From Hormiphora californensis (Eukaryota; Animalia; Ctenophora), in NCBI GenBank assembly GCA_020137815.1, contig CM035360.1:6138001-6202000 (forward strand): a stretch of 64,000 bases of DNA. Direction: 5' to 3'. Position 1 is the stretch's first letter; every line of letters starts with the position of its first letter. This document shows, piece after piece, positions 25,040-64,000 of the stretch. Position numbers and translations under genes: made by a program. The notes below the pieces were generated by a model. It was given only the letters and a program-made list of their open reading frames with translations, was not told where the DNA came from and searched no databases.

Positions 25040-25830
25040 GGGGCACAAGAGGGGAACAGCAGGCTTAGGAGAGAAAGGGTCCGAGTTCTGCACCCCGTAC
25101 CCAAGGGACAGAGGAAGCGGAGGGGAGACGACCTGCCTAAACCACTCTCTTGTGCCCCGCGTAAAGTAAACATGTGGGCACAGGGGGTTGACGTTACTAT
25201 GAGAAAGTGAGCTAAAAGTGAACAGGGAGATAGGATTACAACCCACTGTGCCCAAATCCTACCTTAAAACTACTCACAGCCGCTATAGTAATACCAACAA
25301 TGGTCAGATAACATCGAAACATAAAGAAGTCTAACGCTAGGGTGGAGCCCAGGAAGGGAACGGCAGGTTTAGAGAAAGAAAGGGAAGCGAGTAGCTACCT
25401 GCCTAAACCGCTTTCTTGGGCTCCGGAAACAAATACAAGTGGGCACAGGGGATTGACGTCACTAGGGAAGTGGAACTGAAAGCGGAAAGGGGGCATAGTT
25501 ATTACAACCCACTGTGCCCAAAGCTTAACTTAAACTACCCACAGCCACTAGATGGACATAACGATATAGGCCCCAAATACCACTGAAGTCGGTTGGCACA
25601 ATATAAACATAAAGAAGTCTAGAGCTAGAGAGGAGCCCAAGAAGGGAACGACAGGTTTAGAGAACGAAAGGGGAGCGAGCGGGAAGCTACCTGCCTAAAC
25701 CACTCTCTTGGGCTCCGGAAAAATTAAAACATATGGGCGCAGAGGATTGACGTCACTAGGAAAAGTGGAACTGAAAGCGGACAGGGGAAATAGTTATTAC
25801 AATCCTCTGTGCCCAAAACTTAACTTAGAC
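25040..25830 (-). repeat. Three diverged copies (period ~290-300 bp) of a two-hairpin module in the LINE 3' region
   Basis: Copies start near 25040, 25344 and 25632; stems show compensatory changes between copies. Confidence 0.85.
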
Positions 25831-25845
25831 TACAAAATAACAATA

Positions 25846-28800
25846 TTACATGTCAAGGAAATTCCTCAGAATATAGAGGATGCGAATAGGACAGTTTTCT
25901 GCAACTGGGAAGACGAGATGCGTTGGTCAACCGGGATAGATACTCTGGGAGTTTATCCGTACACCGCCGAGCGTGCCTATTACTATAGGCACGACCGTTA
26001 CCTTAGATAACCCCCAGATGCTCTGGATTTCTCTCCGAAGCTCCTGGTACTTCTGAACCTTTTCGATTTCTCGATCTGCAACAAGCCGTTCTTTTGGCAC
26101 AGCCACATCCACGATAATCGCTTCCTTCTTCCGTTTGTCAACAAGCACCAAATCAGGTTTACAGGCCTGTATAGTTCTGTCACATTGGATAAGGAAAGTC
26201 CCATAAGATCTTATAGCGTTCATTCTCTAGTACCTTTTCTGCATAATGAAGAGAAACCAAGGAGTGGTAGTCTCGAACCCAGAATCGATACACATACCCC
26301 AATGTATCGCAGCCGCAACTCGATCATGCCGTTTGTTTATATTCAGAGTTAGCTAGCTTTTGGCAATTGCTAAGTATGTGCTCCACCGATTCATTGTGTT
26401 CACGACAGATTAGCACAGCGGAGAAGTATCAGCGCTCTCTGAATGATTGCTCGTAACCAATTAGTTGGTAGAGCCTGGTCCTGAGCAGCAAATATGACTG
26501 CTTCTGTATTCTTTGGCATGCTCGTTTAAGGAGCCAGGACCAAGTTTCATTCAGAGAACACCCGCCCTCCTCTAACGTTGCAGGAACCTGCCATGAACCG
26601 GTTTAGCCTTCCACATATCGATCAACCGGTTCTTCGTGTTGCAATTTAAGTACCTCTCCGTCCTCTGGATCCCTAAGAAGCATACCTTCGACGTTCATCG
26701 CAGAGAGAGGCTCTTGAAGTTTAGAATCGTTAGAGTCATTGAAAAATGAAGTCAACGCTACCTCTCTCTAACGATAACATCTTCCATGCGTTGGAGACCC
26801 TACCTCCCCCTTTCCGGCTGACCGTAAAGACGATCCACATCGCTATATTGGCTGTGGATGGCACCCGATTTGCGAAGTAGTTTACGTGTCGTGTGTATCA
26901 AGACCCTTAGTCTCCGTTACTGTCCAGGACAGAATACCTGCACCGTATCTGATAACTGGGACCCGCCAACTATTTATAGCAGTAATAAGATTTCTGCTAG
27001 TAAGAGAGGATTTAAGGAGCAGTTTTAATACGGCGAAAATATTCCGTGGGAAGTAATCTCTTCATACGCTTATTAAGGATAATATCAGTTTCTAAAATAC
27101 CTAAATACCATAACCCCCTTCCTCGACTTCAGGGAGGGCAGAACCATCCGGAAGGGATATGCCGTCCAGTATTACTCTCTGGCCATTAACCACATGCACA
27201 GTACCACATTTACTCAGTCCAAACTCCATGTTGATGTCTCTGCTAAATTTAGCAGTGACCTCTAGGAGTGAGCTAAGCTCAGCAGCATGCACACTGCGGC
27301 CATATAGTTTCAGGTCGTCCATATATAGGCGGTGATTGATATTGGTTCATCGCCCGATGGTAAGAGAACTTTAAAACCAGAGTCAGAGCGGCTCAGAAGA
27401 TAAGATAGGGGGATAAGAGCAATAATAAAGTGTATGGGGGGGGAGACTGAATCACCCTGGAACAGACCACGCTTGATGGGGACCTACCTAGGTCTCTGCC
27501 GCTAAGGAAAGATTACGGAACACTGGGAAAAGGAAGTTCTAAAGAAAGAAATAATGGACGGGTTGTATCTTGCATAGTGACATAGAATCTAAGATCCAAG
27601 AGTGAGGGACCGAGTCGTAGGCCTTTTTGTAATCGATAAAGGACATGTGAACAGATCGCTTAAGTCTCTAGCTTGCCTAAGGATCAATTTATCAATAAGG
27701 AGCTGCTTTTGCATCCCGGCTGTTCCGTTTGCATCCTTTTTGTTCCTCGGGAAGAGCCCGTTAGCGTCTAGGTGCGAATAAATCTGGTCTGCAAGGATGC
27801 CTGTGGTAAGCTTCCAGATGTTAGGTAAGCAGTAATAGGCCTGAAGTTGCTCGGATCATGGAATCCCTTACCAGGATCCTTCATAAGTAAGAAGGTCCTT
27901 CCTTCGGTCATCCAGCTAGGTATATTACCAGTAAGAAGACTCTCTGAAATGAGAGTAGCCAACCGGCTATGAAGACAACAACGTGCTTGAGCCAGAATCC
28001 GTGGAGGCCATCGATTCCGGGGCCGGTCCAGTTGCTCATCCCTTTGACTCGGGCGGCAACTGTTTCCAGGGCAATTGAGAAATCGGGCTGGGGCACCACT
28101 GTATTCATCTCTGTTTCAACTGTGGGTAGCCAATCGGCTTCAGTGTTGTACCCCATCTCGCTTCCCCAAATGGCTCCCCAGAAACCGGTTGTACTCCTCC
28201 GGATCCGCTCTGCAGCAAGTTTGTGTTTGCGGATCAGGAGGGTGTGCCTAAAGATCTATAAAAGTTACGCTGGTGGGTCTCAAAGAGTGGTTCTGCCGAT
28301 ATGTCTGCGATTTTTTGTTGTATCTCCTTATCTTCGCAGATTTGGCCAAGAGACGCTGTTTGACCTCTTCGATGGTGGTAGGGAGACCTTACACTTAAGT
28401 AGGGGATACCGACGGTTAAGCTCCAACGGGTAGACTCCTTTAGCCGTTTACCTTGTGACATTTCCGTTAACCTGGAAAGATCTCCCCGCAGTAGGAGGAC
28501 GGACCGATCTAGTCTGCGTTTCCACACGGAGCTTTAACCTTCTTGGTATTGGCATTAGGAGAATCTGAATCTGCATCCCGCGGAGGAGGTTCACCAATTC
28601 TATCCCGACAGTGTGAGCAACAGCTAGGAGTAGTGTGTTGAGTGATGTGAGTGTGGGTGTAGGGATGCGTACAATGGCTGGTGTGATGTGGTCTATCTGT
28701 CCCGTATGTCCTTCCACCTTCGGTGTCTTAGATCCTTGACTTTGATCGATGAGGGATCATCCATGAGATCAATTAGTTTCTCTTTAACAGACACAATCTG

Positions 28801-29843
28801 GGCTTCCGTAAGTTGTGGGTGTTGTACTCACGGGGTGGTGAGTGTGGCGGGGAATGTGGTTGCTGAACAGGACGGGCGGGTGCTTTGGGGTTGTGGAGGT
28901 GGGTGGGGTGGGTTGACGTTATTGTCGTGAATTGCATCTGGGCTGACTGGCACCGTTGTGTTCGATTGCAGTCCGGATCTCGTTGAGGACTTGGGCAGAT
29001 AAGCGCCCGGACTGGGTAGTGTAGCGAAACTGAGTACTTAACTGTGAAGCGGTGCGAGTAGGGTGGTGAGCAGGATGGGTGTTCCATTTTAAGGCCACAC
29101 GATTCCATATACCTCTCTGTTCGGTTCAGACTGCCAATGCAACTGGATGAGAAGTGTGATCATGTCATGTGACCATGTGGATTCGATTTGATTGGGTAGT
29201 ACTCTGTAGTCTGTGGCATGGAGCCAGGGGAGGTGTAGCTTGTGACTGGAGAGATAGGGGTGACTGTGAGTGTGGGGGTGGGGGGATGATTGTGAGGGTG
29301 ATGTGAAAGGGGGGGGTGGTTGTGAAGGTGGGGTGATGTGAAGGTGGGGGCGGGTTGGGTGTGTGGCTGTGGAGATGGGGGCGGGGGTGACTGTGTAAGT
29401 GATGTGGGGTTGGGTCTGGGGGTGGTAAATCAGTGTGTGAAGGTGACAGTGGGCTGTGGGGTGGTTAAAGTGTAGGACTTGTGACGGCCGCTGACTGCCC
29501 TGCGGCAGGACTAGGTGAAGTGAGATCTGTGAAAGTGTCTGTGTGCTCATAGGGATTGATAAGAGGTAGAGGACCTGATGACAAAGGATTAGATAATTCC
29601 GACTGGACTATGGACTGGATTTGTAATTTTTTGAATCGGAAATCATTTTTGAAGAATTCATGATGGATCGGATTTGTCCGGCTAGGGCTTTACCAGTTCT
29701 GTGGGGATGGCCCGCATCCTCCCATAGCCGTTCTAGTCTTTCCAGACCCCAGCCGTACCTGGTCGGCTTCTATGGTGACAAAATAACAAACAAATGTTAT
29801 CAGCCTCCGACCACTTAGTACGGGATGAGGATAAAGATGACAT
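25846..29843 (-). pseudogene. Frameshifted single ORF: N-terminal Trp-containing module, reverse transcriptase, RLE endonuclease
   Basis: RTKWSEADNICLLFC (N-terminal); GPGIDGLHGFWLK, NFRPIT, GLFQGDS, YMDDLKLYG (RT); KPDLVLVDKRKKEAIIVDVAVP..KVQKYQEL..VVPIVIGTLG (PD-(D/E)xK RLE). Confidence 0.9.
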
Positions 29844-30112
29844 ATTAACAATTATATATAACAAAAGATTGAGTTTCAACGATTCACCAACTACCATATA
29901 GATATTTCTAATCAGTAATCGGTGGGACATGCGTCCACCTGGATAATACGCTAGGGAGAAAAAACTGCTCTGGCCGTTGCCCCGCTCACCCAGAGCCGGG
30001 GGAATTAAGCCCCAGTGTAGCCTTCGTTATTGGTTACTTAACCGTAACCAACATACCGTCGGCACAGACGACATCTCTTCTTCAGCCTCTCTATCTCTTC
30101 TCATCTCCTCTC

Positions 30113-30160
<48 letters not shown>

Positions 30161-31148
30161 ATCTCTTTCTTTGTCACATTTCTCTCTTTCCTGTGTTAGA
30201 TCTCTCCTTTTCTCCAAACAAGATCAGCTCTCTGTATTCCTAAATTGAACACACTATATGGTAGCCAAGCTCACTGTACCATGAGCCAACCTTCTGAAAA
30301 TCTAATCGTCAAATCAGATTGGGGTATTAGTAGACGAAATGATTTTACACATACAATATCACACAAACAAGCTAGCTGGGTTTATGATTCTACTTCTGCA
30401 AACACGCAGTACAACTCAAATAATTGGGCAACTAGGTAGACCGCACCCAACAGTACCATAAGGAGGAGGGTCTAGAGAGACCGCACACAGAAACACCAGG
30501 GTCCAGGAGGGTCTAGGCGTACGATGTACGTGACTGTCTACAACATTATGCAGCACACATGGGTAATGGAAAGAGAGAGAGGGACAGAGGGTGATAGTGG
30601 GATACCAGGAAGTATGCTGCTGATTGAATATACGCTTCATACTAAGATCATACCAGCCACACCATGCATGGCCGTATATATCAGGCTACTTCATGATATG
30701 ATAAAGGCACGTCATTTTATCGGTAGGTTGTAAGAAAGGTTACAGTAGGGCGCAGTCTGACACTCTGCACGTGTCTCTAAGCGGCACTTATGAAACATGA
30801 ATCTTATGGATATAAAACAAGAAGTAATAATTAATTAGTTAGGACATGCAAAACAAGCAAATATATCGCCGATGCTATCTCTGAAAGCAATGTCACGGTT
30901 TTTAAAAGCCGCCCCAACACGCACATTAGAGGCACGATCATGAAGAGCTGTCATTATAAGTCACGACACTGGTGTGTGTCACCCAGTGTTGGAGACACGC
31001 AGTATAAAGCAGCCAAGTTCCCACCCCTCTTTCAAGCAGGCTTTTTCTCATTATATGGAATGTTAAAGCTATCTCTCTCCCTTCGACAAGAGAAGCTGCA
31101 AAGAAAGTTAGGCGATGACATCTCTCCGCAAGAGGAATGGAAGGGAGG

Positions 31149-31152
31149 GGAG

Positions 31153-31233
<81 letters not shown>

Positions 31234-32359
31234 GAGAGAGAGAGCTGGGGGGGATACTCTATCTCTCTCATCTCTCTCTCTCTCTCTCTCTATCGCCTCT
31301 TCTTATAATATATATAGATTTCTCGACCCTCGACAGTCTGTCAGCCGGACGAGGGAGACAGACCGGATAGGATCCTGTTAGATAGGATCCGACTCTGCTA
31401 GGGCAGAGAGAGAGAAGGAGGCCCGAGAGAGAGGAGGTGGGGGGGAAGCGAGAGAGCGAGCGAGAGAGAGAGCGAGAGAGAGAGAGAGATAGAGAGAAGC
31501 AGAGAGAGAAGAGGAGAGAGAGAAGAGAGCGAGATCTCTCTCCCGTTTCTATATATTTTTTACTTATCATGGTACGTGACGAGGGCACATAGGATCTAGG
31601 TTGTTCGTCAATATGCGATGTCAAAAATGTCCAGTTGACTACATACTGCAAGCTTTACTGTCAGTATGGTGGGCACAGAATTGGAATAGAGCACCAGAGA
31701 TTGGGTGTTCGCAGTATCGGTTAATACCGAGTTGCACTGGATGCTTGCAAGAGAGAGAGATATATCCCGTCAATCCACCTCCACAGGTTGTTATATAGAC
31801 GCGTTGTAAGACTTAGCCCGCCGACCGCCTTCGTGATTGATTGAAAGCAAAATAGGTCAGGCAAGTGCGGACAGGGTTCACAGTGACTGAAGTGAGGAAC
31901 GCCAATTGGACATGATCACTTTTGAATTTGTAAAAAAAAAAAAAAAGAGTTAAATCGCATGATTGATTCGTTGGGTATTGTACGCCGATTGCTCTATGGT
32001 GTGATCCCAGCTTGGTTGTTTCCTATTGTTGCTTTGCTCGACCCCTGTTTCCCTGCACCCCACACTTTTTTCATAAAGAAAAAAGGGTTTGAACAAAGAA
32101 ATCTTACTGTAGTCCATACTTTCATTTTACTAAAATAATTTTATTCGTTTTCATCTATTATATCGTTTTAAAACTTTTCTTGTTCTCCTCCGATTTTACG
32201 AAGAAGAAAAATATTAGTCGGTCTACGATAGCGCAGTAGTTGCATTTTGCAACTTAGTTGACAACAGAAAGTTACAAACCCTGTACACCGAAATAGAGAT
32301 AGCTCGGTAGAGAGAGAGAGAAACGGGAGAGAGAAAGAGAGAGGGAGAGGGAGAGAGAA

Positions 32360-32436
<77 letters not shown>

Positions 32437-32680
32437 GACATAAAGGGAGAGAAATATAACCAGCATATATATTGGGTTAGCTATGCAAGATAGTGCTAGG
32501 CTGGTCAGGGGTGTCGATGTGTCCTGTCAACGCAAGTACTGGAGTTTTTGTGTGAGAGAGGGCTTGGAGTTGGCTGCATATGATATAGCTTGCAGAGGCG
32601 AGAGAGAGAGAGAAAAAGAGAGAAAGAGAGAGAACAAGAGAGAATAAGAGAGAACAAGAGAGAACGAGAGAGAACGAGAG
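31149..32680. repeat. Cluster of AG/CT microsatellite tracts between the LINE and gene B
   Basis: Tracts at about 31149-31292, 31405-31540, 32310-32440 and 32600-32680. Confidence 0.85.
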
Positions 32681-33670
32681 AAAGATTTTTAGATAAAAGT
32701 TCTGAAGTTAACCAGAAAAGTAGTTTGATAAATAGGCATGGGAATAATATAAGGATTGTTTGCCGCATATATATTCTCCCTGTCTGTATCCTACTAGATA
32801 GTAGATACTATCTCTTTTGTGCGGCCACTTCCCTTGGATTAAACTTCTTGGCCTTTGAGAGAGAATCACCACTACTACTACTAAATAGTAGATAACAACA
32901 GCATGATGGGCATGCGTTCCCCAGCTGCACACTTCTCTCTGTTGGCTGGCTGACCTCCTACATTTTGTACTGCTTCCCCTTCCCTTGTATAACACCAAAC
33001 CTAGCTTTCCTAGCTTGTACTACACCAGACGTTAATAAAGCTATCCTCATGTACCCTAAATTGGTTCCTTTCAACAGCTTTACAAGCTATCTCTAATTTC
33101 TAACTAAGTTAGGCCTCAAGTTCCGAATATATTTTATCCTGTTTTAACACCCCTGTGTGTGTGTGTGCTTGTAGGTCTGCCCTATCATGACTGAGTTGTT
33201 CCTAGTCCGCTGTTTTAGTTGGCTTCATAGTGTGTGGGAGATAGTGCTGCTTCTCTTGATATTTGTCATGACCTCAGTTAGCAGTATAACAATATATTTA
33301 TTTTGGTTCCATAAAATCGTTGACCAAGGCCTGCAGTTCTATTTGATTTGTGCATTTTAAACCCTAGACTGACCAAATAATGCAACATTTTATTCCGTGT
33401 TTTTACACGTTCTGCACGTGCAGCTACCGCAACCCCCAGTGAAACGCATACCAAATTGTGTATAGTGGAGTGCACTGCATGCTGCCTGATGAGATTAGCC
33501 CATAGACCTAGTGTAGCTGCACAGAGTTTGGAGTTTTACCCCTTCCTTCACACTCCCCTCACACGTAGATTTAATGAATAATTCGTTGAGCTAAAAAGCT
33601 AATTAATTCCCTTATCAATCACAGTAATCCCCTAATTGTAGAGGGCTACGAGAGAAAGAGCACGTGAGAG

Positions 33671-61730
<28,060 letters not shown>

Positions 61731-62174
61731 AGATAGAGAGAATAAGTGTAAAAACACGCCGGGCTTATGATGCAAGTGTAATATATTATTAACTGATTTT
61801 GTAAATTGTTGCCGCAGAAAATTAAATTTTTATACCGTGAGATTCGAATGATTTGCGAGTTTTAAATCGTGTGATTTGTGCCGGAACTGTCAGGTCAATG
61901 CTCTGACTGGTTTTATGTGAGTGAGTTCACTCGATTGCATGGAAGTCTCTCAACTGCAAGAACGATTCTTACCGATCACCTAATCATATAATAGTCAAAT
62001 CGAGGTTTGGCTTCATTCATAATAAAGCCGGAAAGTGGACTGAAACAAAATCACACTGATGTTCAATATGGTCCACATGCTGCAAGTCTTCGAGCGCTGC
62101 AGCAGGAAAGGTGTTTATATTAACAAGAGTTCATAGGCATTGGTCCTGCACAACTGTTGCACGGGTTCTATCCC

Positions 62175-62253
<79 letters not shown>

Positions 62254-62450
62254 GTGAGCTCATGTTTTCCTTCCCCCCTTTTTTACAGTTTCTCCGTTTC
62301 ACCTCTTTCTCCATTTCCCCACCAAATATCATCTACCTCCGATAGCAGACCTATGCAGCAGCAGAAGTTCACATTCTATAGCTCCAGTCGTTATGCCAGT
62401 AACACCTATATTCCCCCTCCTCTTTCTCTCTCCCTGCTAATTACCTCTAA

Positions 62451-64000
62451 TTCCAGCGACCCACTAGTCGCTTCACTACCGGAATTTGCTTTCCTCTACA
62501 TGCTGTTGTGTGCCTCCTCTTTCTCTCTCTCTTTCCCTCTCTCTATCTCTCCCTCTCTCGATGCATATAATTTAAGTCTTTTGGAAAATTGTTTGCGTGG
62601 TTCTGAAATATGAGGGCTGGGGCTCTCAAAGGCATTTTTAAGTTAGACATACCAGTTATTTTACACTTATTATTAGTTGTGTGTGTTGGGGGGTGTTTCT
62701 ATAAATTAATTCGCGGTTGGTGGTTGTAGTTGGTAATACGGTACGTGGTGTCGCCATGTTGTTATTGAACCAGTGGCCTAATAACCACTAAATAAATGCA
62801 CTTGTTGCTTTAACAATATCTTGGCTTTTTGGTTTGCTTCGAGTGTTTCTTAGAGCTGTCTGCATCCTCTCTCTTGTATAACAGCTCTCTGCCTGATAAT
62901 CTCTCTATAAGCTCTCCCTCCCTCTGTTGTATTTAGTTGTACACGCTCCAGTGCAGCTCCCCAGCCATGAATCCCCTCTACAATACCACCCCCTTGAGGG
63001 GGAACTGTTCCCCAGATTGTGCAGGGATCACAACAATCTCCCTCTACACCATCTTTTCCCCTCTACAGTCTACAACAACTCTCTCTACACAGAGCTTTAC
63101 AATAATCTCCCCCATCCCCTCACCAAGATCTGGTTCATAAATCTTTTATAGGTTGCTCTATTGTTCTTGCCTAACATGGTTCAAACAGTGCAGGTCTTAT
63201 CTTGTACAGTCCATTCGTTTTTTGGTGTTGTTTCTCTTCCAGTTCCAGCTGGATCATTTTGGTATAGGTTATTCCAGCGACCCACTAGTCGCTTCACTAC
63301 CGGAATTTGCTTTCCTCTACATGCTGTTGTGTGCCTCCTCTCCCTCTTTCTCTCTCTATCTCTCTCGATGCATATAATTTATGTCTTTTGGAAAATTGTT
63401 TGCGTGGTTCTGAAATATGAGGGCTGGGGCTCTCTAAAGGCATTTTTAAGTTAGACATATAATACCAGTTATTTTACACTTATTATTAGTTATTATTAGT
63501 TGTGTGTGTTGGGGGGTGTTTCTATAAATTAATTCGCGGTTGGTGGTTGTAGTTGGTAATACGGTACGTGGTATCGCCATGTTGTTATTGAACCAGTGGC
63601 CTATAATAACCACTAAATAAATGCACTTGTTGCTTAATATCTTGGCTCCATTCTTTAGCTGTTTTTGTTTGCTTCGAGTGTCAGAACTGTCTGCATCCTC
63701 TCTCTTGTATAACAGCTCTCTGCCTGATAATCTCTCTATAAGCTCTCCCTCCCTCAGTTGTATTTAGTTGTACACGCTCCAGTGCAGCTCCCCAGCCATG
63801 AATCCCCTCTACAATACCACCCCCTTGAGGGGGAACTGTTCCCCAGATTGTGCAGGGATCACAACAATCTCCCTCTACACCATCTTTTCCCCTCTACAGT
63901 CTACAACAACTCTCTCTACACAGAGCTTTACAATAATCTCCCCCATCCCCTCACCAAGATCTGGTTCATAAATCTTTTATAGGTTGCTCTATTGTTCTTG
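62451..64000. repeat. ~820-830-bp tandem duplication; second copy runs off the window
   Basis: ttccagcgacccactagtcgcttcactaccgg at 62451 and 63272; identical ORF translations at 62927 and 63758; small indels between copies. Confidence 0.93.

Larger units (their letters stand above)
24764..30073 (-). mobile_element. R4/Dong-clade non-LTR retrotransposon (RT + restriction-like endonuclease), near full length, decayed
   Basis: Bounded by (CT)n tracts on both sides and contains the disrupted ORF listed next; boundaries approximate. Confidence 0.85.

Overview
Eukaryotic (animal) genomic DNA with spliceosomal introns, dense (AG/CT)n microsatellites, intronic minisatellites and many non-autonomous DNA transposons. 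The repeat style, including GTAACCATGGTAAC motifs, suggests a ctenophore such as Pleurobrachia or Hormiphora; this is inference only. Three genes can be spliced by hand with consistent exon phases. (1) The 3' part of an hnRNP F/H-like qRRM gene (+, <131-5124). (2) An orphan ~680-aa Ser/Tyr-rich, PAEAA-repeat gene (gene A; -, 19360-8707). (3) A divergently transcribed ~2300-aa modular orphan gene (gene B; +, 33671-61399) with seven copies of an unrecognised ~85-aa beta-rich domain, an E/K-rich helix, repeated VGKL motifs and two candidate internal first exons, one encoding a membrane anchor. Mobile DNA includes a rearranged piggyBac with an ATAT TSD, a decayed R4/Dong-type LINE in a CT/AG microsatellite whose 3' region holds a triplicated covarying RNA structure, and several poly-G-ended elements with 8-bp TSDs. 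The most striking signal is a 1.26-kb element (403-1659) with a 5-bp TSD whose ends read CACAGTG-12 bp-ACATAGGAA and CACAGTG-23 bp-ACATAGGGT, the same 12/23 geometry as V(D)J recombination signals.
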